Shown piece after piece: positions 44,014 through 56,477 of a stretch of 64,000 nucleotides of DNA. Made by a program: the position numbers and the translations under genes. Origin of the DNA: Eledone cirrhosa (lineage: Eukaryota); contig OZ024744.1 of the NCBI GenBank assembly GCA_964016885.1, positions 28,768,001-28,832,000 of the forward strand. Direction: 5' to 3'. The first letter of the stretch is position 1; every line of letters begins with the position of its first letter. The notes beneath the pieces are model-generated. The model was not told the origin of the DNA. It did no database searches and saw nothing but the letters and a program-made list of their open reading frames with translations.

Positions 44014-47000
44014 TTACAGACACATACTCAGAGAAGGCCCATTCATTCGGGCCATACTTGCTTCTCTCACCCATCTTTCAACAAAATGCTGGGAAGAGAG
44101 CACTTCCCTCTCTACCCTGATTTTCCTTTTCAAATGAAATTTGAAAAAGTTAATCAGGGCATCACCGAAGAGGTAAGTGCTCGTCTTCAGCCCTTTCAAA
44201 CGTGTCCACCATACTATCTCTTTCACCATGGCTACCAGACATAAAAACTGCCTGCCCTTCCAGGCTAAAGGAAGGGGGCGGGGCAATCCTCACGATGGAC
44301 TCAGCTGATAGCTGGATAGGTCCTACACGTGACAGCAGGTGTTCGACATAAACCCACAAGTCAGCAATGCTCGGACACTGGACGAGTGCGTGCAGGACGG
44401 TTTCGTCGCCCTGCGCGCATCTCGGACATGCCCGGCTGACGGCACCTCCATGCCTGTAGAGTTTATCCCGAACTGGCAAAGCTCCTCGGTAGCACTGCCA
44501 GGCCAGGGATTTCTGGAACTTGTCCATAGGCCCCGGCCCGAAAGTCCTTCCGAAGAGATTGGCTAGTTGATTTTCGTCGACGCCTAGAGTTTCTCCAAGT
44601 ACGTCGTCGCTCTTCCCCTCCACTAATCCCCTATAGAACGCCAAGGTGGAGTTTCCACCGATCACATTGCCCGATTGGTCGAGGGCTGTGAGCGCCTGAA
44701 GACATTCCAGTCTCCAAGCGCTCCCTCTCGGTCTTCGCTTGACCCAGGACTGCAGCTCCGTCAAGGAGACGAGCTGGGGAAAAACATGTCTTGCAAACGA
44801 CGACCACACCTGATCACCGTGGAGGTAGAGGTGGAGATGTCGTAGCCTGAGCGCGTGTCTGCGCATCATCAGCCACGGCATGCCCAGCCCTCCACGTAGC
44901 GGGTGTTGACAGCAGATGGACCGCCTGACCATCGGAGCGCGTCCCTTCCACAAGAAGCGAAAGAGCAAACGCTCCAGCGCAGTCAGGCGGGGCTTAGGAC
45001 AAGGTACGACGGTCAGGCGGTAGTAGATGACGGATGCGATGTACGCATTCGCCACCTCCGCTCGACCTTTCAGGGATAGCTTCCTCTCGGCCCATTTCTG
45101 GGTGAGAGAAGCCACCCTGCTCGTCACCTCGTCCCAGTTTTTGTCCGTCTGGAGGTCTGGACCGAACCAGACCCCTAGCAATTTAACCGGTCCGTCCGTC
45201 CAGCGCCCGACGACGCTGTTGGACGGCATGGACCTGCCTCTCCAGGTGCCGAGCTGCAGGCCCACTGACTTTTCCTGGTTGATCATTGCTCCTGTCACCG
45301 CTTCGTATTCTCTTAGTGTAGTGCCGATCGCCTCGATGTGTTTGGCGTTCGACACCACTACGGTGACATCGTCGGCATATGCTGACACGGATCTTCCGCA
45401 TCCTAGTTCGCGCGGGAGCCCCCTCAACGTCTCCAGTTTGTGCAGTAATGGCTCGAGAGTCAATACGTACAATAGGGACGAGAGGGGACATCCTTGGCGG
45501 ACCGAGCGCATGATGTTGAACGGTTCCGAAAGGTGACCGTTCACTATCACTACAGAGCAGATGTCGCTGTGCATGGCAGCGATCCAGCCTCTGAAGACGG
45601 GCCCAAAGCCAGCCGCCCTCAGGACTGCCGTTAGGTAACGATGGTCGACCCTATCGAAGGCTTTCGACTGATCTAAATTGATCAAAGACCCACCTGTGCC
45701 AGGTTCCCTAGCTACCCTCTCTACGATGTATCGCATGAGGTGGAGGTTGTCGTGGATGGATCTGTCGAGAATGGCGCATGTCTGTGCCTCTCCCACCAGA
45801 CCACCAACGACAAGCGCCAACCTCTTTGCTAGCACCTTGGCCAAAATCTTGAACTCTGTGTTTAGCAGAGTTATGGGCCTAAAATTATCTATGTTATCCC
45901 CCTTGTTCGGATCCTTTCTCAGCAGCGCCACCGCTCCTCGGCTCACAGAGCTGGGAATTCTCCCGTTCTGTTGCCAGTTGCAGTAGACGTCCGCCAAGAG
46001 GCCTCCGAACAAGTTTGGCATTTGTACGTAAAGTTCATAGGGCAGACCATCCAAACCAGGCGATTTACCCCTTGTGCAACTAGTCATTGCATCCCGTACT
46101 TCAGCGGTTGTTATCGGCTTTTCGCAACACTCCGCCTCAGTGGCCGAAAGCCGCGGCAGTCCGTCGAGGTAGACACTAAAGTCCATCCCTCTACCCGGCC
46201 CGCCACTGCCCCCGAACAGTTGAGCGAAGTGTCGCTGAAAAGCTTCACACATTTGCCCGGGATCGAGTAGCATGCGCCCGTCGTGGTCCACCAAAGACCG
46301 GATCGTGGCTTTGTTGCCACGACGCGCCTCCGCCACTCGGGCCCATTGAACGGCTTTCGTCCCCTCGTGTCTGAGAGCGCGCACCCTATTCTGACAACGC
46401 AGCCTTCGTGCTTTGCATTGAAGAATTGTTCAAGGGCCAATTTCGCCGCAAGTACGTCGGTCGCGATGCCTTTGCTAAGCGCCTCATCTAATTTTCTAAC
46501 TAGTTCTCCCTCTGCTCTATTTTTCTCTATTGCTAAAGTCTTACTAAACCTAATGGACTCTATTCTAATTGCTCTTTTCAGAGCAAACCACCACTTGTTG
46601 TTGACGATGGCCCCCGTCAACGCCCGCTTAACTAGTTCGCTAATCCGGTCTCTGTAGGCCTTGCGCGCTGGTAAGGACGCGTTTAACTTCCAGTAGCCGG
46701 GTCCTCGTCTATGAAGCCTATCTAAGTCAAGCACACAGATCACGAATTTGTGGTCCGTGTAGCTGACTATCTTGAATTGTGGACAGCCTATGCTAGACCT
46801 ATCTATTTCCCTACAAAATACTCTATCTAGATATGATCTGGATGACCCTATGCGATTTGTCCAATTCCACATTGGTACATTCGGGAAATCCATTCGGTAC
46901 CTGTCAGACAGTTCAAAACGTCTGAGCAGGTTGGTGAGACTCTTGCACCCTCCTTCCCTATCCACTAATCCCACACAATCCCAGCGTGCATCTAAGATCC

Positions 47001-47430
47001 CGTTCCAGTCGCCCACTAACACTAAAGAGCGGGACGTTCCAAGAAAGGTCTCCAGACGCCGGAAGAAATCAGGCCGCCCTGCTCCTGTCGGGGCATAGAC
47101 GGCCACTAACCTGAAAGCTAGCCCGTCTCCGCTGGTGACGTCCAGCACCACCAACTTACCTTCTGGGTCCAGGAAGATGGCCCGTATGGGAAGATCCAAA
47201 CCTCTCCGAAAAAGCACAGCAACTCCTCCCCCCGATCCCGGACGGCTGGGAGATGCGTACACATCGTAGCCGCCGAAGATCGGTGCGAAAGCCTGTGCTT
47301 CGGAGATTCTGGTCTCGCTGATGGCCACTACATCTATGTTTAGTGACCTGAGGTCGTTGAGCAGGTGGCCCTGCTTCCATGAAGACCCCAAGCCACGCGC
47401 ATTTATGCTGCCTATTCTGAGTGAGGTCAT
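44014..47430 (-). CDS. ORF2: APE endonuclease, reverse transcriptase and C-terminal zinc finger (frameshifts near 46388 and 44240)
   Basis: SINARGL, AISET, VGDWN, SYLDRVF, TDHK; GPGYWKLN; SPGLDGLP, FRPITLLN, LDQSKAFDRVDH, VRQGCPLS, YADD; CPRC..ETVLHALVQC. Confidence 0.92.
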
Positions 47431-47464
47431 GTTGAAAAGGAGTGGAAAAGATGGGAAAGACCAC

Positions 47465-49454
47465 TTACCTTACTTCTCGTAGGGGAAGGACGGCTTTTCC
47501 ATCCTTTTCACTGCTTGTGGCCTCCTCAGGAAGGATGTCCTTATAAATCCTCCTGGAGAGTGCTTGTCGGAAGTCTCCGATGTCTTTGGGGAATTTTTGT
47601 TTTAGTGTCATGTACGTTTTCTGTGTGATGCGAGTGATTTGTATGTGTGGAGGTGGTGTGAATTTTGGGGTTGTTGTGTAGTCTTTTTCTGTGATGCTGG
47701 TGTTGTGTTGGATGTAGTGTAATAATTGCTTGTTCAAATTTAATGCTGTGTAGTGTGTATCGTTTTGGTTGTTTTGTTTTGTTTGCGTTTGTTGTGGGTT
47801 TGTTTCTGTTTCGCATTTTGGTGACTTTTGTGGTGTAGGTGATTGTGGTGCTGGGGATAATGATGGTGATGGTGTTGGTGTTTGGGTTGATGGGGTTGGT
47901 GATGCTGGTGTGGATGGTGGCATATTTGTCCTAACTTTTTTGTTTCTTAGTTTATTTGTTTCCCTCTGTATTTTGTTTTTGGAGGGGGAAGGAAGAGAAT
48001 TTTTTCTTTTTTGGTTTCTTTTTTTTTCCGGATATCGTTTCCCACTCCTCGTCGTCACAATCTGTCTCCAGTTGTGATAGGCCGGGGAGTGGAAAATCCT
48101 CCACAGCCGTTAGTTTTGGTTGTGGTGTGGTGGATGGTGTAGGCGCTGGTGCTAGTTCTGAAGCGTTGGGTGGTGTTGGTGTTGGTTTTGCTGGTGGTGG
48201 TAGTGGTGTTGGTTTTGCTACTGTTGCTGGGGTTGTTGCTGTTATAGTTGCTTCTGTTGTTGCTGCTACAGTTGTTGCTGCTATCTCTGCTACTGGTGGT
48301 GTTGATGGTTGTGTCACTGGGGTGGGTAGGAGAGGTGGCCTCAACCTTTTAGCCTGAGGGCAGAAAGCCCTTAGGTGCGTTCCTTCACCACAAACGACAC
48401 ACCTAGGTCTTCTGCCCTCGACAATTACCGTGAGGTGGCTGCCGTCAGTGAGGTCTATTACCTCTGGGATCTCCTCAATGCTTTTTTGGTCCGCTTGGAT
48501 CAGGAGCTCCATCCCAGATCCGGACCAGTTTTCCTGCTTTTCTTTTGCTACTGCTATTATTTTCGTGTTGGCTTCGATGCCGGCGAGGACAGCCGCTATT
48601 AGCCAGGGAATTTCGATGGCCGGTGGAACGTGGGTCACCCTGATCTTTACGAGTCTCTGGCCACAATAGCTTGGGACGAGTGTGAAGTCGTCACTTCTTA
48701 ATGGGGCCATGGAGTGTTCTCTAGCCTCCTCTGGTGTTTCAAAGAACACATCCACGGTTCCATACTTTTGCCCACGTCTGATGTGGGTTTTTCTTGCCCA
48801 CACATGTCCCAAAGCTTTTTGGATTTGGGACTCCGATGCCCGTTCCACTCGGCGCGATTTTACATTTATTGTTCTATACGACACGGTGCACAGGCGCCGA
48901 TGCTCCATTTTATTAGGTGGGGGGGGGGGGGTGAGGCTGACCCTGTACCCATCTTTCTTTACCATTTGTTTGGCATTTTCTAAATCTTCTTGAGTTACCG
49001 TGAACGCTTCGAATTGTTTTGCTACGATGGCGAAACTGAGGGTTGGTTTTATAATGTCATTGTTGTTGTTGTTGCTATCGTTAATATTAATTTTATTTTC
49101 AGTTGTGGTGGTGGTGACGTCTGTCGTCTTTGGTGGGGAAGAGTCCATTTTGCTTGATTTCATTTCGACGTCACGAGTTAATTTATTTTTTTCTTCTTTT
49201 GTTTCTGTTGTCGCGGTGGTGGTGGTGGTGGTGGTTGTCGCGGTGGTGGTGGTGGTGGTGGAGGGTTTAACACCTGCAGTCATTGGTAATGGCGGGAAAT
49301 GAATGTCTGCCTGAGACAAATTTAAAATATTGCTACTGCTTATATTTTTTTTTGTGTTGGCAAACGTAGTAACATTTACAATGGTGGTGTCGGTGTGAGG
49401 TGTTATTTTGTGAGGAAGGCTTTCAGCTGCTTCGTGCAGAGGGGAATTAGCCAT
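47465..49454 (-). CDS. ORF1: gag-like nucleic-acid-binding protein with a single CCHC knuckle (frameshift in an A-run near 48025)
   Basis: CVVCGEGTHLRAFC (CX2CX4HX4C) and Pro/Thr-rich linkers; the C-terminal part is contiguous in copy 2. Confidence 0.85.
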
Positions 49455-49690
49455 TTTTTTTCAAAGAAATTTTTGGATAATAATAAAAGTTAAAATTTTG
49501 GGCACAAGGCCCCAATCTTTTTGGGTGTCCTTTTCGGAAAACAATGTATGTGTGCTTATAAACAGTTTACAATAAAATTTTCCATAAATGGCAATTTTTA
49601 AACAAACGGAAATAACAAACCTTTGCGGAGCTCACGATAATACGATTTCCTACGTAGGTCGCCAATAATAATAATAATAATAATAATAAT

Positions 49691-52600
49691 TTCTTTATTA
49701 ACCACAAGGGTTTACATAAAGTAGACATTAAGGACAGTACAGGACAATACAGGGCGGTACAAATGGGCATTTCTGCGTGTAAAAAAACAGAGGATGTAAT
49801 AAAAATATCAACGACAAATTCCCCAATAGGGGGGAGACTTCCGAGGGACATTTGTGGAGAAAGCCCATTAAAAGGCCACAGTCACCCTGACCACCAGGCC
49901 AATTGTCCTCTTCCAGTTTTCCACCTTTAATTTACAGACACATACTCAGAATAGGCCCATTCACTCGGGCCATACCTGCTTCTCTCACCCATCTTTCAAC
50001 AAAATGCTGGGAAGAGAGCACTTCCCTCTCTACCCTGATTTTCCTTTTCAAATAAAATTTGAAAAAGTTAATCAGGGCATCACCGAAGAGGTAAGTGCTC
50101 GTCTTCAGCCCTTTCAAACGTGTCCACCATACTATCTCTTTCGCCATGGCCTCCAGACAGATAAAAACTGTGCCCTTCCCGGCTAAAGGAAGAGGGCGGG
50201 GCAATCCTCACATTGGACTCAGCTGATAGCCGGATCCGTCCTACACGTGACAGCAGGTGTTCGACATAAACCCACAAGTCAGCAATGCTCGGACACTGGA
50301 CGAGTGCGTGCAGGACGGTTTCGTCGCACTTCCCGCATCTCGGACATGCCCGGCTGACGGCACCTCCATGCCTGTAGAGTTTATCCCGAACTGGCAAAGC
50401 TACCCGGTAGCTCTGCCAGGCCAGGTATTTCTGGAAGTTGTCCATAGGCCCAGGCCCGAAAGTCCTTCCGAAGAGATTGGCTAGTTGATTTTCGTCGACG
50501 CCTAGAGTTTCCCCAAGTACGTCGTCGCTCTTCCCCGCCACTAATCCTCTATAGAACGCCGAGGTGGAGTTTCCACCTATCACATTGCCCGATTGGTCGA
50601 GGCCTGTGAGCGCCTGAAGACATTTCAGTCTCCAAGCGCTCCTTCTCGGTCTTCGCTTGACCCAGGACTGCAGCTCCGTCAAGGAGACAAGCTGGAGAAA
50701 GACGTGTCTAGCAAACGGCGACCACACCTGATCACCGTCGAGGAAGAGGTGGAGATGTCGTAGCCTGAGCGCGTGTCTGCGCATCATCAGCCACGGCATG
50801 CCCAGCCCTCCACGTAGCGGGTGTTGACAGCAGATGGACCGCCTGACCATCGGAGCGCGTCCCTTCCACAAAAATCGAAAGAGCAAACGCTCCAGCGCAG
50901 TCAGGCGGGGCTTAGGACAAGGTACAACGGTCAGGCGGTAGCAGATGACGGATGCGATGTACGCGTTAGCCACCTCCGCTCGACCTTTCAGGGATAGCTT
51001 CCTCTCCGCCCATTTCTGGGTGAGAGAAGCCACCCTGCTCGTCACCTCGTCCCAGTTTTTGTCCGTCTGGAGGTCCGGACCGAACCAGACCCCTAGCAAT
51101 TTAACCGGTCCGTCTGTCCAGCGCCCGACGGCGCTGTTGGACGGCATGGACCTGCCTCTCCAGGTGCCGAGCTGCAGGCCCACTGACTTTTCCTGGTTGA
51201 TCATTGCTCCTGTCACCGTTTCGTATTCTCTTAGTGTAGTGCCGATCGCCTCGATGTGTTTGGCGTTCGACACCACTACGGTGACATCGTCAGCATATGC
51301 TGACACGGATCTTCCGCATCCTAGTTCGCGCGGGACCCCCCTCAACGTCTCCAGTTTGTGCAGTAATCGCTCCAGAGTCAATACTTACAGGAGGGACGAG
51401 AGGGGACATCCTTGGCGGACCGAGCGCATGATGCTGAACAGGTCCGAAAGGTGACCATTCACTGTCACCACAGAGCAGATGTCGCTGTGCATGGCAGCGA
51501 TCCAGCCTCTGAAGACGGGCCCAAAGCCAGCCGCCTTCAGGTCTGCCGCTAGGTAACGATGGTCGACCCTATCGAAAGCTTTCGACTGATCTAAATTGAT
51601 CAAGGACCCACCCGTGCCAGGCTCCCTAGCTACCCTCTCTACGATGTATCGCATGAGGTGGAGGTTGTCGTGGATGGATCTGTCGGGAATAGCGTCTCTC
51701 CCACCAGACCACCAACGACAAGCGCCAACCTTTTTGCTAGCACCTTGGCCAAAATCTTGAACTCTGTGTTTAGCAGAGTTATGGGCCTAAAATTATCTAT
51801 GTTATCCCCCTTGTTCGGATCCTTTCTCAGCAGCGCCACAGCTCCTCGGCTCACAGAGCTGGGAATTCTCCCGTTCTGTTGCCATTTGCAGTAGACATCC
51901 GCCAAGAGGCCTCCGAACAAGTCTGGCATCTGTACGTAAAGTTCATAGGGCAGACCATCCAAACCAGGCGATTTACCCCTTGTACAGCTAGTCATTGCCT
52001 CCCGTACTTCAGCGGCTGTTGTCAGCTGTTCGTAACACTCCTCCTCAGTGGCCGAGAGCCGCGGCAGTCCGTCGAGGTAGACACTAAAGTCCATCCCTCG
52101 ATCGGGCCCGCCGCTGCCCCCGAACAACTGAAAGAAGTATTGCTGAAAAGCTTCACACATTTTCCCGGGATCGAGTAGCATGCGCCCGTCGTGGTCCACC
52201 AAAGACCGGATCGTGGCTTTGTTGCCACGACGCGCCTCCGCCACTTGGGCCCATTGAACGGCTTTCGTCCCCTCGTGTCTGAGAGCACGCACCCTAGCTC
52301 TGACAACGCAGCCTTCGTGCTTTGCATTGAAGAATTGATCAAGGGCCAATTTCGCCGCAAGTACGTCGGTCGCGATGCCTTTGCTCAGCGCCTCGTCTAA
52401 TTTTCTAACTAATTCTCCCACTGCTCTATTTTTCTCTGTTGCTAAAGCCTTACTAAACCTAATGGACTCTATTCTAATTGCTCTTTTCAGAGCAAACCAC
52501 CACTTGTTGGCGATGGCCCCCGTCAACGCCCGCTTAACTAGTTCACTAATCCGGTCTCTGTAGGCCTTGCGCGCTGGTAAGGACGCGTTTAGCTTCCAGT

Positions 52601-54760
52601 AGCTGGGTCCTCGTCTATGAAGCCTATCTAAGTCAAGCACACAGATCACGAATTTGTGGTCCGTCTATACTAGACCTATCTATTTCCCTACAAAATACTC
52701 TATCTAGATATGATCTGGATGACCCTATGCGATTTGTCCAAGTCCTCATTGGCACATTCGGGAAATCCAATCGGTAGCTGTCAGACAGTTCAAAACGCCT
52801 GAGCAGGTTGGTGAGGCTCTTGCACCCTCCTCCCCTATCCGCTAATCCCACACAGTCCCAGCGTGCATCTAAGATCCCGTTCCAGTCGCCCACTAACTCT
52901 AAAGAGCCTGATGTTCCAAGAAAGGTCTCCAGACGCCGGAAGAAATCGGGCCGCCCTGCTCCTGTCGGGGTATAGACGGCCACTAGCCTGAAAGCTTGCG
53001 TCGCCGCTGGTCCCGTCGAGCACCACCAACTTACCTTCTGAGTCCAGGAAGATGGCCCGTATGGCGAGATCCAAACCTCTCCGAAAAAGCACAGCAACTC
53101 CTCCCCCCGATCCCGGACGGCTGGGAGATGCATACACATCGTAGCCGCCGAAGATCGGTGCGAAGGCCAGTGTTTCGGAGAATCTGGTCTCGCTGATGGC
53201 CACTACATCTATGTTTAGTGACCTGAGGTCGTTGAGCAGGTGGCCCTGCTTCCATGACGACCCCAAGCCACGCTCATTTATGCTGCCTATTCTGAGTGAG
53301 GTCATGTTGAAATGGAGTGGAAAAGATGGGAAAGACCAATTACCTTACTTCTCGTAGAGGAAGGATGGTTTGTCCATCCTTTTCACTGCTTGTGGTCTCC
53401 TCCGGAAGGATGTCCTTATAAATACTCCTGGAGAATGTTTGTCGGATGTCTTTGGGGAATTTTTGTTTTAGTGTCATGTACGTTTTCTGTGTGATGCGAG
53501 TGATTTGTATGTGTGGAGGTGGTGTGAACTTTTGGGTTGTTGTGTAGTCTTTTTCTGTGATGCTGGTGTTGTGTTGGATGTAGTGTAATAATTGGTTGTT
53601 GTTCAAATTTAATGCTGTGTAGTGTGTTGTTTTGGTTGTTTTGTTTTGTTTGCGTTTGTTGTGGTTTGTTTCTGTTACGCTTTTTGGTGACTTTTGTGGT
53701 GTTGGTGATGGTGGTGTTGGGGTTAATGATGGTGATGGTGTTGGTGTTTGTGGTGATGGGGTTGGTAATGCTGGTGTGGATGGTGGCATATCTGTCCTAA
53801 CTTTTTTGTTTGATAATTTATTTGTTTCCCTCTGTATTTTGTTTTTGGAGGAGGAAGGAAGAGAATTTTTTCTTTTTTGGTTTCTTTTTTTCTTTTTTCC
53901 TGATACCGTTTCCCACTCCTCGTCGTCACAATCTGTCTCCAGTTGCGATAGGCCGGGGAGTGGAAAATCCTCCACAGGCGTTGGTTTTGGTTGTGGCGTG
54001 GTGGATGGTGTAGGCGCTGGTGCTAGTTCTGGCGCGTTGGGTGGTGGTGGTGTTGGTTTGGCTACTGTTGCTGGGGTTGTTGCTGTTATAGTTGCTTCTG
54101 TTGTTGCTGCTACAGTTGTTGCTGCCATTTCTGCTGCTGGTGGTGTTGATGGTTGAATCACTGGGGTGGGTAAGAGAGGTGGCCTCAACCTTTTAGCCTG
54201 AGGGCAGAAAGCCCTTAGGTGGGTTCCTTCACCACAAACGACACACCTAGGCCTTCTGCCCTCGACGATTACGGTGAGGTGGCTGCCTTCAGTGATGTCT
54301 ATTACCTCTGGGATCTCCTCAATGCTTTTATGGTCCGCTTGGATCAGGAGCTCCATCCCAGATCCGGACCAGTTCTCCTGCTTTTCTTTCGCTATTTCGA
54401 TTAGCTTGGTGTTGGCCTCGATGCCCGCGAGGACGGCAGCCATTAGCCAGGGATTTTCGATGGCCGGTGGAACGTGGGTCACGCTGATCTTCACAAGTCT
54501 CTGGCCACAATAGCTTGGGACGAGTGTGAAGTCGTCACTTCTTAATGGGGCCATGGAGTGTTCTCTGGCCTCCTGTGATGTTTCAAAGAACACGTCCACG
54601 GTTCCATATTTCTGCCCACGTCTGATGTGTGTTTTTTTTGCCCACACATGTCCCAAAGCTTTTTGGATTTGAGACTCGGATGCCCGTTCCACTCGGCGCG
54701 ATTTTATGTTAATTGTCCGATAAGACACAGTGCATAGGCGACGATGCTCCATTTTATTAG

Positions 54761-54791
<31 letters not shown>

Positions 54792-55506
54792 GGGGCTGAC
54801 CCTGTATCCATCTTTCTTTACTATTTTTTGGCCTCTTCTAATTCCTCCTGAGTTACCTGGATCGCTTCGCACGTTTTTGCTACTCTGGCAAAACTGAGGG
54901 TAGTTTTCTTAATTTCATTGTTGCTATTGTTGTTATCGTTATTTTTGTTATTGTTAATTTTAGTTTCAGTTGTGGTGGTGGTGGCGTCACTGGTGTTCGG
55001 TGTGGAAGAGTTCATTTTGGTTAAATTCATTTCGATATCACGAGTTAATTTATTTTTTTCTTTTGTATCTGTTGTCGCTGTGGTGCTGGGGGTGTTGTCG
55101 CTGTGGTGGTGGTGGCGGCTTTAACACCTGCAGTCTTTGGTAATGGCGGGAAATGAATGTCTGGCTGAGACAAATTAAAAATATTGCTACTGCTTATATT
55201 TTTAGTGTTGGCAAACGTAGTAATATTTACAATGTTGGTGTCGGTGTGAGGTGTTAGTTTGTGAGGAAGGTGTAACTCTGTGCCGGCCATGATTTTTCAA
55301 AGACATTTTTTTGGTTTGATAATTATAAAAAGTTTAAATTTTGGGCCCAAGGCACCAATATTTTTGAGTGTCCTTTTCAAAAATCAATGTATGTGCACTT
55401 ATATACAGTTAACAATAAAATTTCTCCATAAATGGCAATTTTAAACAACTGAAAATAACAAACCTTTGCGGAGCTCACGTTGATACGATTTACTACGTAG
55501 CTCGCC
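49691..55506 (-). mobile_element. Full-length Tx1-like element, subfamily A copy 2 (ORF1 about 55290-53340, ORF2 about 53305-49932, several frameshifts)
   Basis: Colinear with copy 1; same 5' junction TTATT|GGCGA; (AAT)n at 49664-49690 and 55507-55560. Confidence 0.92.
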
Positions 55507-55557
<51 letters not shown>

Positions 55558-55560
<3 letters not shown>

Positions 55561-55704
55561 GGCATGCTTGCTGGGAACAGCAAGAACCCTCCGATACGTC
55601 CTAAATATCTGAGGCTGCAGGTAGTGGCTTGATATTCATTTCAACAAACTTTCCAGTTAACTAACATCAATGACTGAGACTCAAAGAACAATAATAATAA
55701 TAAT
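55558..55704 (+). mobile_element. Second R4/Dong-like 3' stub, flanked by (TAA)n on both sides
   Basis: KACLLGTARTLRYVLNI*; colinear with 43592-43721. Confidence 0.7.
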
Positions 55705-56360
55705 GATTTCTTTATTAACCACAAGGGTTTACACAAGGTAGACATTAAGGACAATGCAGGACAATACAGGACGGTACAAATGGGCATTTCTGCGTGTAAA
55801 AAACAAAAACAGAGGTTGTAACAAAAAATAACAATGAAAAATTTCCCAATAGGGGGGGGAGACTTCGGAGGGACATTTGTGGAGAAAGCCCATTAAAAGG
55901 CCACAGTGACCCTGACCACAAAGGCAAGTGCCCTCTCCCAGTTTTCCACCTTTAATTTACAGACACATACTCAGAGTAGGCCCATTCACTCGGGCGATTC
56001 TTGCTTCTCTCACCCATCTTTCAACAAAATGCTGGGAAGAGAGCACTTCCCTCTCTACTCTGATTTTCCTTTTCAAATGAAATTTGAAAAAGTCAATCAG
56101 GGCGTCACCGAAGAGGTAAGTGCTCGTCTTCAGCCCTTTCAAACGTGTCCACCATACTATCTCTTTCGCCATGGCCACCAGACAGATAAAAACTGCCTGC
56201 CCTTCCCGGCTAAAGAAAGAGGGCGGGGCAATCCTCACGATGGACTAAGCTGATATCTGGATCCGTTCTACACGCGACAGCAGGTGTTCGACATAAACCC
56301 ACAAGTCAGCAATTCTCGGACACTGGACGAGTGCGTGCAGGACGGTTTTGTCGCCCTGCA
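55705..56360 (-). mobile_element. 5'-truncated Tx1-like subfamily A copy 3
   Basis: 3' UTR plus ORF2 C-terminus; the truncated end abuts (TAA)n at 56361-56376. Confidence 0.9.
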
Positions 56361-56371
56361 TAATAATAATA

Positions 56372-56472
56372 ATAATTGATTCTACTTCAGGCACAAGGCC
56401 AGCAATTACCCAGTTCATTACTGGTACTTTATTGTATCGACCCCGTAAGGATGAAAGGCAAAGTCAACCTCG
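56372..56472 (-). mobile_element. SINE 3' half inside the Tx1 array
   Basis: TTCTACTTCAGGCACAAGGCCAGCAATT...GGCAAAGTCAACCTCG. Confidence 0.8.
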
Positions 56473-56477
56473 AATGC

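Larger units (their letters stand above)
43771..49663 (-). mobile_element. Full-length Tx1/L1-clade non-LTR retrotransposon, subfamily A copy 1
   Basis: 5' UTR, ORF1, ORF2 (APE-RT-CCHC) and a 3' UTR with AATAAA; (TAA)n on both sides. Confidence 0.92.
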
